Shown here: one piece after another, positions 42,250-55,775 of the stretch
Numbering within the stretch: position 1 is the stretch's first letter
How the letters are laid out: each line of letters begins with the position of its first letter
Origin: Eledone cirrhosa
Lineage: Eukaryota
Assembly (NCBI GenBank): GCA_964016885.1
Contig: OZ024741.1
Location: 384,214,001 to 384,278,000 of the forward strand
Direction of reading: 5' to 3'
Length of the DNA stretch: 64,000 nucleotides
Position numbers and translations under genes: made by a program
Notes under the pieces: generated by a model
Database searches by the model: none
Told to the model about the DNA's origin: nothing
What the model saw: the letters and a program-made list of their open reading frames with translations, nothing else

Positions 42250-43801
42250 AGATAATTTAATATATCTACTAACATAAGCGCAGAGATGTACGCCAATGCC
42301 AGCAAATACACAGGTTATGTCATAGTACCTAGGTGGCTCAATGCAGGAGGATGCAGAACAATAATATAAAAGACGTAAAATAAGAAAATTTAAAAAAAAA
42401 ATTAAAAAAAATTAACTTACTTACTTAAATTTTCACTCCAACTAATTAGTTTCTGCAATGGGATAAAGACAGTTACGTAATGAACTGTTGAGAATTTCAT
42501 TGCGTCATCAGGGAGGTCTATTCTCAGCCAAGTCTCCAGGCAATGCGCGGACACTGGGGACTCATATAAAAATAATAATAATTCGGTAAATGGAACAGCT
42601 ATCGAGGACTGGATTCCAAGCACTGAAAATTCTCGCTGCCACTGGTCAAATGGCCGATTCTAAAGAATCAATCACGTGACACTGAGGCTAGTCGGTAGGA
42701 ATGGGATGGTAAGATGGTAAGATGACAGACGCCTACTAACACCCCCAAAAAAATTTAGTAGTGGTTTTGGCAGGCGTACATCTGTGCGCTTATGTTAGTA
42801 GATATATTAAATTATCTATATTTATCTCCAAATCAGAAATTTGTCGAGCAAACCTGCCAAAACCACTACTAAATTTTTTTGGGGGTGTTAGTAGGCGTCT
42901 GTCATCTTACCATCCCATTCCTACCGACTAGCCTCAGTGTCACTTGATTGATTCTTTAGAATCGGCCATTTGACCAGTGGCAGCGAGAATTTTCAGTGCT
43001 TGGAATCCAGTCCTCGATGGCTGTTCCATTTACCGAATTATTATTATTTTTATATGAGTCCCCAGTGTCCGCGCATTGCCTGGAGACTTGGCTGAGAATA
43101 GACCTCCCTGATGACGCAATGAAATTCTCAACAGTTCATTACGTAACTGTCTTTATCCCATTGCAGAAACTAATTAGTTGGAGTGAAAATTTAAGTAAGT
43201 AAGTTAATTTTTTTTAATTTTTTTTTTTAATTTTCTTATTTTACGTCTTTTATATTATTGTTCTGCATCCTCCTGCATTGAACCACCTAGGTACTATGAC
43301 ATAACCTGTGTATTTGCTGGCATTGGCGTACATCTGCGCGCTTATGTTAGTAGATATATTAAATTATCTATATTTATCTCCAAATCACAAATTTGTCGAG
43401 CAAACCTGTCAAAACCACTACTAAATTTTTTTGGGGGTGTTAGTAGGCGTCTGTCATCTTACCATCCGATTCCTACCGACTAGCCTCAGTGTCACGTGAT
43501 TGATTCTTTAGAATCGGCCATTTGACCAGTGGCAGCGAGAATTTTCAGTGCTTGGAATCCAGTCCTCGATAGCTGTTCCATTTACCGAATTATTATTATT
43601 TTTATATGAGTCCCCAGTGTCTGCGCATTGCCTGGAGACTTGGCTGAGAATAGACCTCCCTGATGACGCAATGAAATTCTCAACAGTTCATTACGTAACT
43701 GTCTTTATCCCATTGCAGAAACTAATTAGTTGGAGTGAAAATTTAAGTAAGTTAATTTTTTTTTATTTTTTTTTTTTATTTTCTTATTTTACGTCTTTTA
43801 T
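42248..43801 (+). mobile_element. Retrozyme-like element: 552-bp unit, one inverted copy (42248-42773) then ~1.9 direct copies, with a putative minimal type III HHR
   Basis: Direct units start at 42773 and 43325. The motif tgagaa-UA-gacctcc-CUGAUGA-cgcaat-GAAA-ttctca occurs at 43093-43130, 43645-43682 and 42489-42526 (minus). (TA)n on both sides. Confidence 0.75.
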
Positions 43802-43833
43802 ATATATATAATATATATATATTATATATATAT

Positions 43834-43864
<31 letters not shown>

Positions 43865-43876
43865 TATATATTATAT

Positions 43877-43920
<44 letters not shown>

Positions 43921-43925
43921 TATAT

Positions 43926-43960
<35 letters not shown>

Positions 43961-43965
43961 GATAT

Positions 43966-45075
43966 ATATTTGTTGAAATAGCGGATTGGAGTTTGAGCAG
44001 GGAATCGCTGCTTTCTCCCTTAGGGGGATCTTCTGGAGCTAGCGGGGTCAATCTGTAGGCGCGGAACTGGATGTCTCGAGGAGCGTTGCAGCCGGGGGAA
44101 GACAGGAGGACGATGCTTTGGTTCGTGGAAGCGTTCGCTGGCAAAGAGCGGGAGGGGGAGAATGTCGTGCGTCATTGATGGGAGCGGTGAGAAGCAGTTG
44201 CGCGCAGGGACGGTGCCACGTTTGTGGTATGGGAGAGGTTGGGGACTGATGTTCTCTTGGGTGGTGCATGGAGGCGTTCTCTGGCAATGAACGAGAAAAC
44301 GAGGATGGTGCGTCATGTGTGGAGGGTGGGGAGCAGTAGCGCGCAGAGACGGGCCCATGTGAATGGTGTGGCGGAGGTAGTGGACTAGTGTTCTGGCAGG
44401 GAGACCAAATGAATCACCGCTACAGAGTTGGGAACAAGGTAAATAGGTGCAGTGCAGAGGTGGTAGAAGTAAATAGGTACATACACGCAAGCAGGTGCGT
44501 GCATGCGCAAGCGTCCGCAGGGGCTTACCATAGGTGTGCGGAGCCCCGCACATGTGTGTGTGTGTGCGTGTGTGCGGATAGATGAATAATTGTATAAACG
44601 TGTATAGGTGAATAAATGCGTATATAGCAGGCGCACACACGTGCCTCATGTGGACGCACGAATGTTCGGAGACGTGGGTCAGCCAAAGCATGAGGTGCAC
44701 ATGTACACGCACCCACCATACGTGCGAACCTGCATACTTACACAGACGCGGGACTCCCGTATACGCGTGGCCAAGCCATATGTGCCACAATGTGTAGAGA
44801 TTATACGCCGTAACAATCGTGTATACTTGCGAGAAGGTATACGTACCTTCACAAAACATAACCGCTCCTATTAATGACGTATTATATTCGTTTTTTCCCG
44901 TTCTTTGCCAACGAACGTTTCCACGAACCAAAGTATCGTCTTCCTGTCTTCCTCCGGTTGCAACGTTTTTTGAAATATCCAGTTCTGCGTTTACAGATTG
45001 ACTTTGTTAGTTTCAGAAGATCCCGTTAAGAGTGAAAGCAGCGATTTTTTGCTTAAACTTTAATCTGTTATTTTA

Positions 45076-45082
<7 letters not shown>
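43966..45082. mobile_element. Fold-back copy of the 35001 element; left arm A>G hypermutated
   Basis: 43966-44188 is the inverse of ~44862-45082. Variant HHRs at 43990-44040 (minus) and 45009-45059 (+). Confidence 0.85.
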
Positions 45083-45154
<72 letters not shown>

Positions 45155-45157
<3 letters not shown>

Positions 45158-45775
45158 ACATGGATTTCTAGTGTTTTGTGAAATGAAACCGATCGGTAAA
45201 AGCAACTTGAGTAGGTAAATATTTAAATTATATTTTTTAATTTATTTTAAAAAATTGTTTGAATTTTGCTTGTTCTGCTTATCTCAATATTATAGTTCTG
45301 GTATGTCAAATTAATACCATTGAACAACACTGTATCATAGACAACCTATATATTTCCAGGGGTACTTAGTACCCGTGAGCATATTAAATTCATTTAATAT
45401 TCTCCGTTATGTAGAGAACAAATCTGTTGTTCTATTTGGCTGCTATTTTTAGTGGTGGAGTAGACAACACGTCTATGTTTACTTCCGCTTTTGCTACGGA
45501 CTGGTTCATGTACAGGTCAAATTTTGGCCTCATTCGATCCTGTGCTAGCTAGTAGATGGCAATATATTTTGCCGTTCCTGGGACTTTTGTCCTAGGGAAG
45601 GAAAATGCTCTCTGATGATCTTGACTTTTCCACTGGAGGTCCACATGGATTTCTAGTGTTTTGTGAAGTGAAACCGATCGGTAAAAGCAACTTGAGTAGG
45701 TAAATATTTAAATTATATTTTTTTATTTATTTTAAAAAATTGTTTGAATTTTGCTTGTTCTGCTTATCTCAATAT
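45155..45775 (+). mobile_element. Retrozyme-like element: 485-bp unit x ~1.3 with a type I HHR (45606-45689)
   Basis: tccacatggatttctag... at 45155 and 45640. HHR: tgctct-CUGAUGA-...-GAAA-ccgatcgg-UA-aaagca. Confidence 0.78.
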
Positions 45776-46794
45776 ATATATGTATGTATGTATGGGAGGG
45801 GGACGGTAGCATATCTCATTATATCTGAATCTTTGAAAATGACATTAATGCTCAACACATTGTCTAAAAATTATCTTATTAATTTTGGGAGTAAATGAAT
45901 GGATCGCATTGCGTCTCGGTGCGTCAACATGTAATATGGTCATTCGATAGAGATCAATAATGAAATACTGAACTGAAATATGTTCTGAGGACGATATCGT
46001 TATCTAAACCATCTAAAGTGATATTCCAGCATGACCTTAGCTTGACTTGTGAAACCAGTAAAAGAAAAGTATATTAATATCCATCTATCTCTTCATCTAT
46101 CTTTTTGCAGATTTATCTTCTATCTGTCTATCTATTATCCACCTATCTAGCTATCTTTATCTATCTATCTTTCTATTTATCTGTCTATCTGACTGTCCAG
46201 TCATTCATTCCTCTCTAAATCTGAAGAGCCCTTGTATTTAACTAGTAAACTGGTTATGTATCTTTCGTTCTATTTGTCTTAGTACACGGAACCTTTTTCT
46301 TTCTCTTTTACGTACACACATACACTCACACACATATAACCTATATATATATATACACACAGGCACTTAGATATACACTTTCATACACACACACACACTC
46401 CTTCTTTGTACGTGACCTGCTAGCTGTCACTCCACTCACCGTAGCTAACTCACTGCACATGTAAGAATTATGACAACACGCAGAGATATTGAAATTGTTT
46501 TGAAAAATCGTTTTATGAAAGTAGTGTATAGATATAAAAATGCAGATATCTGTGAAATATTACAAACAATTTCACTTTGATGGTCTACAAAATTTCGATT
46601 TCTATATATATTGCAAATTGATTTGATTCTTGCAATTGCTCATTTGAATATTCTTGTTAGTTCACAGAAAGTTTTCGCAATTAATTTTCCTTAATATAGA
46701 TCACTTCCTTGCGGAACTTTTCTCAAACCATCAATAAATTTTCAAAATCTAGGATGTTACATAGGTGACCTGATCGACATCAACTCTATTAAAA

Positions 46795-47110
46795 AGATAT
46801 ATAAATAAATAAACAGATAAAATAAAAATGGCGTAGACATACAATACAACAGGAGGAACATAATAGTACCACTGATGATGTTGCAGATGTGCAACGAAAG
46901 AACTTTGTTAGACTATATATATGTGTTTATATCTATATTATATCTGTATTTTTTACCGTTGGTCAGTCAATGATAAATATTGAGAACCAAATGAATTAAC
47001 TGTGGAGATATAGAAGATACAGAAGCGAAAACCAACCAAACAGTGAGTGTGTTCTGTTATTATTTCTGGCAATATTATTACAACAATATGACCCTCCCCA
47101 AGTATAACAA
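46795..47110 (+). repeat. Solo copy of the 39831-PLE terminal repeat with an HHR-like core
   Basis: Homologous to 41240-41572; contains CUGAUGA-t gttgca gatg tgcaac-GAAA. Confidence 0.7.
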
Positions 47111-47118
47111 TATATATA

Positions 47119-47201
<83 letters not shown>

Positions 47202-47415
47202 AATATATATACTTGAAGGCGGCCGACAGAACTAGAAACTCCTAAATGTGTGGCCGCCTTCTTGTCTCTGTGCCTTTTCAGCCCCATGGATTATATTCCT
47301 TTGTTAAATTTCGAATACCTGATGATCTCACCGGATTCATACTGAACCCGGTCATTGAAATGTTCATAGAATAATAAACCTTTGAGCAATTACACCAGTC
47401 CAGCCTCCTATTATT

Positions 47416-48241
<826 letters not shown>

Positions 48242-48494
48242 TATATAACTAATACCTTCAATTGCCTTAACTTGAACTTAAATCTACAATGCTCTCTGCG
48301 AACTCAAGTAAACACAGTCCATAAACTGACATTCAATAAAACTCATCAGACCTATACCCCACAAGAGAAAGTAAAAATCAGACACTTCCTTCATAACAAT
48401 GCCCCTACCAAACTGGGCTAATTATTGGTATGGATGAGACGGGCGTCATCAGTGTGCAGCCGTCGTATTACGTCGTTTCTATAAGTATCATACA

Positions 48495-48601
48495 TACCGG
48501 GTGTCCCCAAAAATGTATAGACACTTCAACAGCATCATAATAAGTTTTGATTGTACAATAAAAGTGTATATACATTTTTTTGTTGGGGGGGGGGCACCCT
48601 G

Positions 48602-48603
<2 letters not shown>
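48495..48603. mobile_element. Tc1/mariner-type MITE
   Basis: TA-ccgggtgtccccaaaaatgtatagacactt ... aagtgtatatacattttt..ggggcaccctg-TA terminal inverted repeats. Confidence 0.6.
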
Positions 48604-48633
<30 letters not shown>

Positions 48634-49153
48634 GGTGTGGGGTGTTGGGTGCGTGTGTGTGCGTGTCTGCGTGTATGTGTGTGCGCAAATTTCTGCTATT
48701 TCCATTTACAAGGTTTGCGGGATGTGCTTAATTCCAAAAGTTTTCTGTACACATGTTTTGTTCAGGATTGAACATGTAATCCTTCTCTTTCAATTGCCAT
48801 ATATATCACATACCCACATGAATGCCACTCTCCCCCAACATACATTCTCATTACATAATGGAACATCCCAGATACCTGCATGTCTTAAAAAACACACGCA
48901 GTCACACGACTGCGACCTCAACCTGCCCCCTTACCTATTTATGGTTATACTATTTAATACGTCTTTTGTCTAAAATAAACGACTTCTAAATTCAGGCAGT
49001 CTTGTTGGTGATCGTTCCTCTCAGGACGGGCTTAACTTGACAGTTTTACTCATTTTAGTTTCATTCACAACCCAAGGCTATAGTAAAAGACACTTGCCCA
49101 ATATGAACTCAAACTTCCGTAATTGCGAAAGTAACTCCTTATCCACACGCTCA

Positions 49154-49272
<119 letters not shown>

Positions 49273-49421
49273 ACTGGAAATAGCACGGAAAATATATTTA
49301 AGGGTCTGTTTTTCTTCTTTTTTTTTTTTCCTTTCTTTGATTCTTCAAAGTGACATCATTGAAAAAATGAGAGGGACAATTCTTTTTAAAAAAAGTTTTA
49401 TAATGTATATCAGGTATATAA

Positions 49422-49469
49422 AGTATAACCGGTTTCGATGTATTAGTAAAATCCATCTTATCAAATGTT
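49422..49469 (-). ncRNA. Second U3-A8 HHR-like motif (weak stem I)
   Basis: Minus: aacat-UUGAUAA-gatg...catc-GAAA-ccgg-UU-atact. Confidence 0.5.
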
Positions 49470-49494
49470 AAGTATTTCAATTAAAAAGAATTAA

Positions 49495-50131
49495 TCTATA
49501 TATCTAAAACAGAGAATGTCTGTCTGTCTGTCTGACTCCCTAAAACTCGAGAACCACCCAACTGATTGTTTTCAAACTTTACACATGTAATACTTATGGT
49601 CTTGTGAGTGTTTTAAGCAAAAGATATTTCAAATTTTCAATGCCCTAGGGACCGGATTAAGCGATTTAGCGATCTCTCTCTATAATTCTTAGTCTTTCTT
49701 TTTAGATAGATACATAGATATAACGTTGCGCCCTTATAATATCTGTCTGTATGTCTGGCTGTCTGCATTACGATATTATGACGCTATATGTGTGTGTGTG
49801 TATATATATGTATATATAGTGTGTGTGTATATATATATATATATAGTGTGTAACGTTTTTCAAAATATTTACTTCTGCGTTCACAGATTGATTTTTTTTT
49901 TAGTTTCAGAAGATCCCGTTAAGGGTGAAAGCAGTGATTCTTTGCTTAAACTTTAATCTGTTATTTTAATATATATATATAATTATATATTCGTGTACAG
50001 ATATTTTTGTATACACAATAACAAAATATAAACAAACGTATTTATTTCACGAGGCTCGATAAGGATAAATATATATCAAATATATAAAAACCCTAGAGCA
50101 AATCACGAGCAACGCCGGGTCATTCTGCTTG
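49495..50131 (+). mobile_element. Non-autonomous Helitron, second copy
   Basis: A|TCTATATATCTAAAACAGAG start; hairpin and CTTG|T end. HHR fragment at 49902-49952. Confidence 0.72.
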
Positions 50132-50203
50132 TAAGAACTAAAAACTAAAAATTAAAGATTTAAAATTAAGTGGTGAGGCAAGTTTTTTTCATCTTCCTTA
50201 TTA

Positions 50204-50253
<50 letters not shown>

Positions 50254-50861
50254 TAAATCATGTCCTTAGAATTATTAGATAAAATATATACCATTTCCTC
50301 TCCCAATTAGCATAATTAACCATATAAAAAATCAATTAGACCAAGCTATAAGAATAAAGGCTCCTATGAAGAAATTTCCGACAAATAACCGAAATATATG
50401 TAAACCTTTATATTATATATATATAATATTTTTCCTTCGTAGTGAGCCTAGTATGGAACTAATACATTATTTATCAATCTCGGAAAAATGAAAGGCAAAG
50501 TTGACATTGGCTGAATCTGAACTCTGGAACTAATGATCCGTAACCAAACGAAACGATAGTATGTGCATTGAAAGTAATTTGACTGCTAATTCTAGTAGAT
50601 TTAGCTTCCGTACAATTGTGCCTCCATGAGCTTGATTACTCCGTATTATTCATGTATGTATTTGTATCTATGTTTGAAGTGAGTATGTCTGTATGGGTCC
50701 GTGGCTTCTGAAGGAGTCGTAGAGGTGCCGCTTCAACATACGCAGTTTCTAGAGCTTTTTATTTTTAAAAAAACTAGCGGAGCCCATCCCCCTCTCCAGG
50801 TCTGAATGCAGCATACTTTTTCCAGAGAAGGGTAGAAAGTGAGATATAGAGAAATAATTTA

Positions 50862-50995
50862 CCCAGTACTATACTATTATCGATCTTGAATAGTGGAAAG
50901 GCATAGTTGACCTCGGCGGGATTTGAACACAGAGAGCAGAAATGAATACCGTACAGCATTCTACCCGACGTTATAACAACTCTGCCAATTCGCCG
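50862..50995 (-). mobile_element. tRNA-derived SINE (inverted)
   Basis: Reverse complement matches ggcgaattggcagagt...gttcaaatcccgccgaggtcaact. Confidence 0.65.
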
Positions 50996-52373
50996 TTTTG
51001 TAGTTATATATATTTCCAACCAATATAATGTTGCTGTTTTACCATTAATCAAATCTGATTATTTTCCTGCTGTGACTTTTCACTAAACGCCTGACAATTG
51101 TTCATTTGTTGTTACTATTTCTATATATAATGTCATGATTAGACCATGGCCCATCCAGCCAACATAACTTGATTTACGCTTTTCCAGTGGCCATTGAGTT
51201 TGACCTACGCAGTCACAAGTCACTCATCGATCTTCGAGTCTGAACAATCTGTTTGTATATTTAGTAGATTTATATTTAAAACTACCGGCTTATTTTTCAT
51301 GATCAAAACTAGAAATAACAGGCGGACTTAGTGTGGTAAAAAAAAAAAATTAACTCAGTGGTTATTTTTGACAATATCTCTTTGATCGTCGAAAAGCTAT
51401 TATCAGAAATCATGATTTCTGACATAAACACAAGGACACGCATTTTATGAGAAGTCCTACAGACGATTAGATCGATTCAGTACTTATTTTATGTCCTGAG
51501 AAATATCAGAAATAATAACAGATGCACCATTGGAAAACATCAGCAATGAATAGCTTTCTATAAGTATTAACAATGAGGAGAACATAACTTTCTAGTTAAC
51601 TGCTTGTCATAGCCACCCCGATACTGGAAGACTTGTACACTATGGTTCACTCTTAGTAGCTCTTATAGCTGTTAATAATGATTTCATTTATTGGCCACAA
51701 GGGCCTTTATAGCTGTTAATAATAAATAAACAACGTACTAAAGTGTGACCTTTAAAAGCAGATCGGGTGTGAATGAAATTAATTCGTGTAAGAAGATGAA
51801 CTCCTATACACCATATCAGAATCGGAGAAACAGAACTCTAGATACATAAAAAAAACTATGCTATATGTTCGAAGAATAGTTTGTGGATGTAATAAAACTA
51901 ACAATTAGATGAAAATTCCGGACAAACATCATATGAAATGTCATTTCATTTGAAACGCTGCCAATTGTTGAAAATGAGAAACAAGACTTATAGAAAATAG
52001 TCTGAAAAATAATACCTGGAGGCCACGATATCTGTTTACATGAATATTTAAAGATGAATACAAGTATTGTTTGAGTAAACATTTTGACTGAATGGGAACG
52101 TTTCAGAGATATGTGCCGTTGTTAATGTCAGAGTGTTGGTCTTAAAAGATCAGTTCATCAGCTTAATTATTCTGCCAATATTAAATCGAAGCAATATATT
52201 TAATCGTAGAATTTACTCTACGATGATCGAAGGTGTGTGTGTGTGTGTGTACCTGTACATGTCTGGGTGTGATGGTTATGTTTGTGTTCATATGTGTGTA
52301 TGTGGGCATGACAGGAACTGAAAATTCTGTTCTATACGCCTGAATGTAACAGTATCTCTTTCTCTCTTTTCTC

Positions 52374-52424
<51 letters not shown>

Positions 52425-52453
52425 CACTCTCCCTGTCTCTCTCTATTTATCTA

Positions 52454-52504
<51 letters not shown>

Positions 52505-52559
52505 GTGTGTGTGTGTGTGTGTGCATGTGTGTGTGCGTGTGTGTTAAGTATTTCCATAG

Positions 52560-55320
52560 AAAAGGTAAAGGAAAGAAGAGTGCTCTATGTATAGTACAGA
52601 GGTATTTAATTATGTAATAAACAACACAATATAATTATTCCATTAACAAAGGTTTCAAGAAATAAGACTATCCTTATAGAAACGTCCAGCCCGTTCATCA
52701 GATGAAATAGTTATGTTTTGATATAAGTTTTGAAATTTATATATATATATATATATATATAGAAATTACATGAATCAAAGTTCTGTTCAAACCATTTATT
52801 AGCTTACAATTGTTTCGTCCAAACCGAGGTTTGAGGTCTTTGGAGCAATTTTTCAATGATTGTTTACATACATGACCTCCTTTCCAACGCAAGAGACATA
52901 CAGATACATATGTATATATCGATGCACAGTGGGGTGACATATATTATATTATTTTAGCATGGCAATTTACATTCAAAAATTAAAATCGTATTAAAAGAAA
53001 ATTAAAACAAAATTAAGTTAAAATACAACATCGGCAGTTTACGAAGATAATGCAAGAGGATAGTTTGAAGTAGTTAGTGTATGCAATAGTTACACGTGGG
53101 GCATGCACGTGTGTCTTATTTATATAAGATTATTGTGCGGCAGGGTATTATATGCAATACAAGCACTTTAAGCGGACAATCAAGAGTATTATGGGGGTTG
53201 TATTGGTAAAGTATTTTTTATGTATGATAAAGAAGCTTGTGTGCAGAGAAATATTAAAAATGAGAAGCAAAATAATGTTATGGTTTTCGTATACACCACC
53301 ATTTTCACAATCCAGGAAACGTAATATATAGATTATATGTCCTTCACATAATCAACGATGATTCAGTATTGGATGTTTGATGTATTAGGTTAGATTATTA
53401 CAGCTTGTTGTTCTTTAATTCAGTTTTATAGAGCAGGTTGTTTTTGTTGCGAGAATTTACATCGTTTTATTTTCCGGAAGTGTGTGTATGATTAAGGGGA
53501 GTTAATGCGTGACGGGAGGTAACTAGCTGATTTCTATAACTAAATTTATTATTCCAATGTACATTAAACGGTGTCCCAATTGAGTCCCTAACATATATGG
53601 TTATAAACAGTTTCTAAATTTAAGTATCATATCTTTAAATTACAGTCTACTCTATCAAGAAGTACTAAAGGTTCCATATTAGGATGATTACCCTCTATCA
53701 TAGAGTGCCACAACTGAATATTCCATATGATGAGTCAGATCTCCAAATCAATGATCTTTGTAAATGTAGTCTACCCACAGAACCTGGCAGGGTTTTATTA
53801 GAACCACGTCTATATACAACCCCTGGTAAGCTCTGGGTCAGTGCATGTCTGATTGCATGGTAAAGTTAAATATCTCTAGGGTAGACCAGAGAGCAATTCT
53901 CACTTACAATGTCATTAATCTGTCTATCAAGTCATACATGTATGTATAACTCATATACCACTTGTACATAATTCATTGTACTCAGCATATAGGTTATATA
54001 GCTCTTTTATGTTAATAAATTAATCTTCTATTTATCCAATGATGGCACTCCATACACAGAACAATATTAGCACAAACAATTCAGTGTTTAAAGTTTACAT
54101 TATATAGTGGTGTAATGTAGTCTAAGTAATTGAAGGCAATTATACCAAAAGTAGATGTACATAGGGATATTTCTAGGGTAAAAGGTTCTAGATAGATGTC
54201 ACTAATTGTGTTAAGATAGGGTGGATCATTGAGTATGGAGTTGTGGTGTAAGATGTGCCCTTGAGGTGTGTTGCTAGAAGTGGTGATGGGTTCAAGTCTG
54301 ACATTGCTATATATTGGGTTTAAAGTTTTGGAAGGAGTGTCGAAAGCGGTGCTGGCATGACGCGAACACTTCTGATTTTTTATTAAGGAGGTTATCGTTT
54401 ACGAAGATAATAGTATGGGTCTCTAGTAGACAGATGTTACATAATTTATTAGGTGGTTTGTACGATGTCGCCTTACCTATCACTTCCCATTTAAGTATAT
54501 AAGATTTATTTTTAGTTTTTAGGTAGTGTATGTAGCTAGATAGTGAAGTGGAGTTGGCTAGACTGTGTTTTTTGAAAGAGTAGAGGTGCGAATTGTATCT
54601 GGTTTTGAAGCAGTTTGAAGTAGAGCCTATATAGGTTTCAGAAGAGTTGCTAGTTGTGACGGTGCATAAGTATATGATATCCTTGATTAAGCATTTTTTG
54701 TCTAAAGGGCAGGTTCTATTAGATCTACAGTTACAATTATTCTGGGTGTTAGTCTGCCGGTTATTATGTTGTGTAGAAGTCTGGATGGTAGCTATAGGAT
54801 TATGGTTATGGGGGTTGTCGTTCCCAGCGTTATTGCTTACACTAGTGCTATTACTATTATTACTATTGTTATCAGGGTTAGTTGATATAATGTTATTTTG
54901 AAGGTTTACCGCCTGTTGTGATTTAGTTTGTTGGAAGTAAGAATTAATTTTTCTTTTATTGCTACTAGCTATGTGGTATGCTATGTTAGGCGTAGTAGAG
55001 TAGGAGATTTTAATTGTGTTTTTGTTTAAAAGGCTATGGTACTTGTGGCCAGATGGGAAGTTTTTATCTAGGAGTGAGAAGAATACATATACAATGATAT
55101 TAAATAAATGGGAAGTATATTTATAACACCATATTTATTCTATTATATATATATTTCAAGGGTACCAAAACTTTGGTACGTTCTCATCAGATAAAATACA
55201 AAGTTTGTTTTATAAATATTCACATATCCAGGAAGAAGATCTTAACGGTTCAAGTTTTTCCTGGATAGTTAAGATCTTCTTCCTGGATATGTCAATATTT
55301 ATAAAATTAAATATCCCTTT
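52560..55320 (-). mobile_element. 5'-truncated PLE-B (Naiad-like): GIY-YIG coding ~54310-55085, with HHR-bearing repeats at both ends
   Basis: Minus translation LLDKNFPSGHKYHSLLNKNTIKI..CNCR..CPLDKKCL..DIIYLC..TYIGSTSNCFKTRYNSH..CNICLLE..CQH. HHR motifs at 55136-55198 and 52636-52709. The extent of the 3' region is approximate. Confidence 0.75.
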
Positions 55321-55322
55321 TG

Positions 55323-55397
<75 letters not shown>

Positions 55398-55737
55398 ATA
55401 TACATACATGCACACATAAAATCACATGTGCGCATCTGTACGGACATCCATATATACACTCATACATATATACACATACATCCACACACACATATATATA
55501 TAAGAGATGGCAACATGAATGGACCTGTTATTTTTATCTAAAGACATGTTTTCCAATTCCACTCCGCCCTGCCCTTCAATATATCTAATTTCTCATTCTT
55601 TTTTCTGATGAAGGACTAGTGTCTGAAACCTTAAAACACTCTTCCTGCTATTTCAAGTGTTAACCTAATATATTTCTTCCATATACTGTACCAATTGTGT
55701 TGTTATTTCTGTTTACCTTTTACATATATATATATAC

Positions 55738-55775
<38 letters not shown>

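Noticed and set aside
42996-43202. 68-aa ORF repeated in the 552-bp units
   Set aside because: GTG start, no motif, overlaps the ribozyme-like core, and its stop varies between copies.
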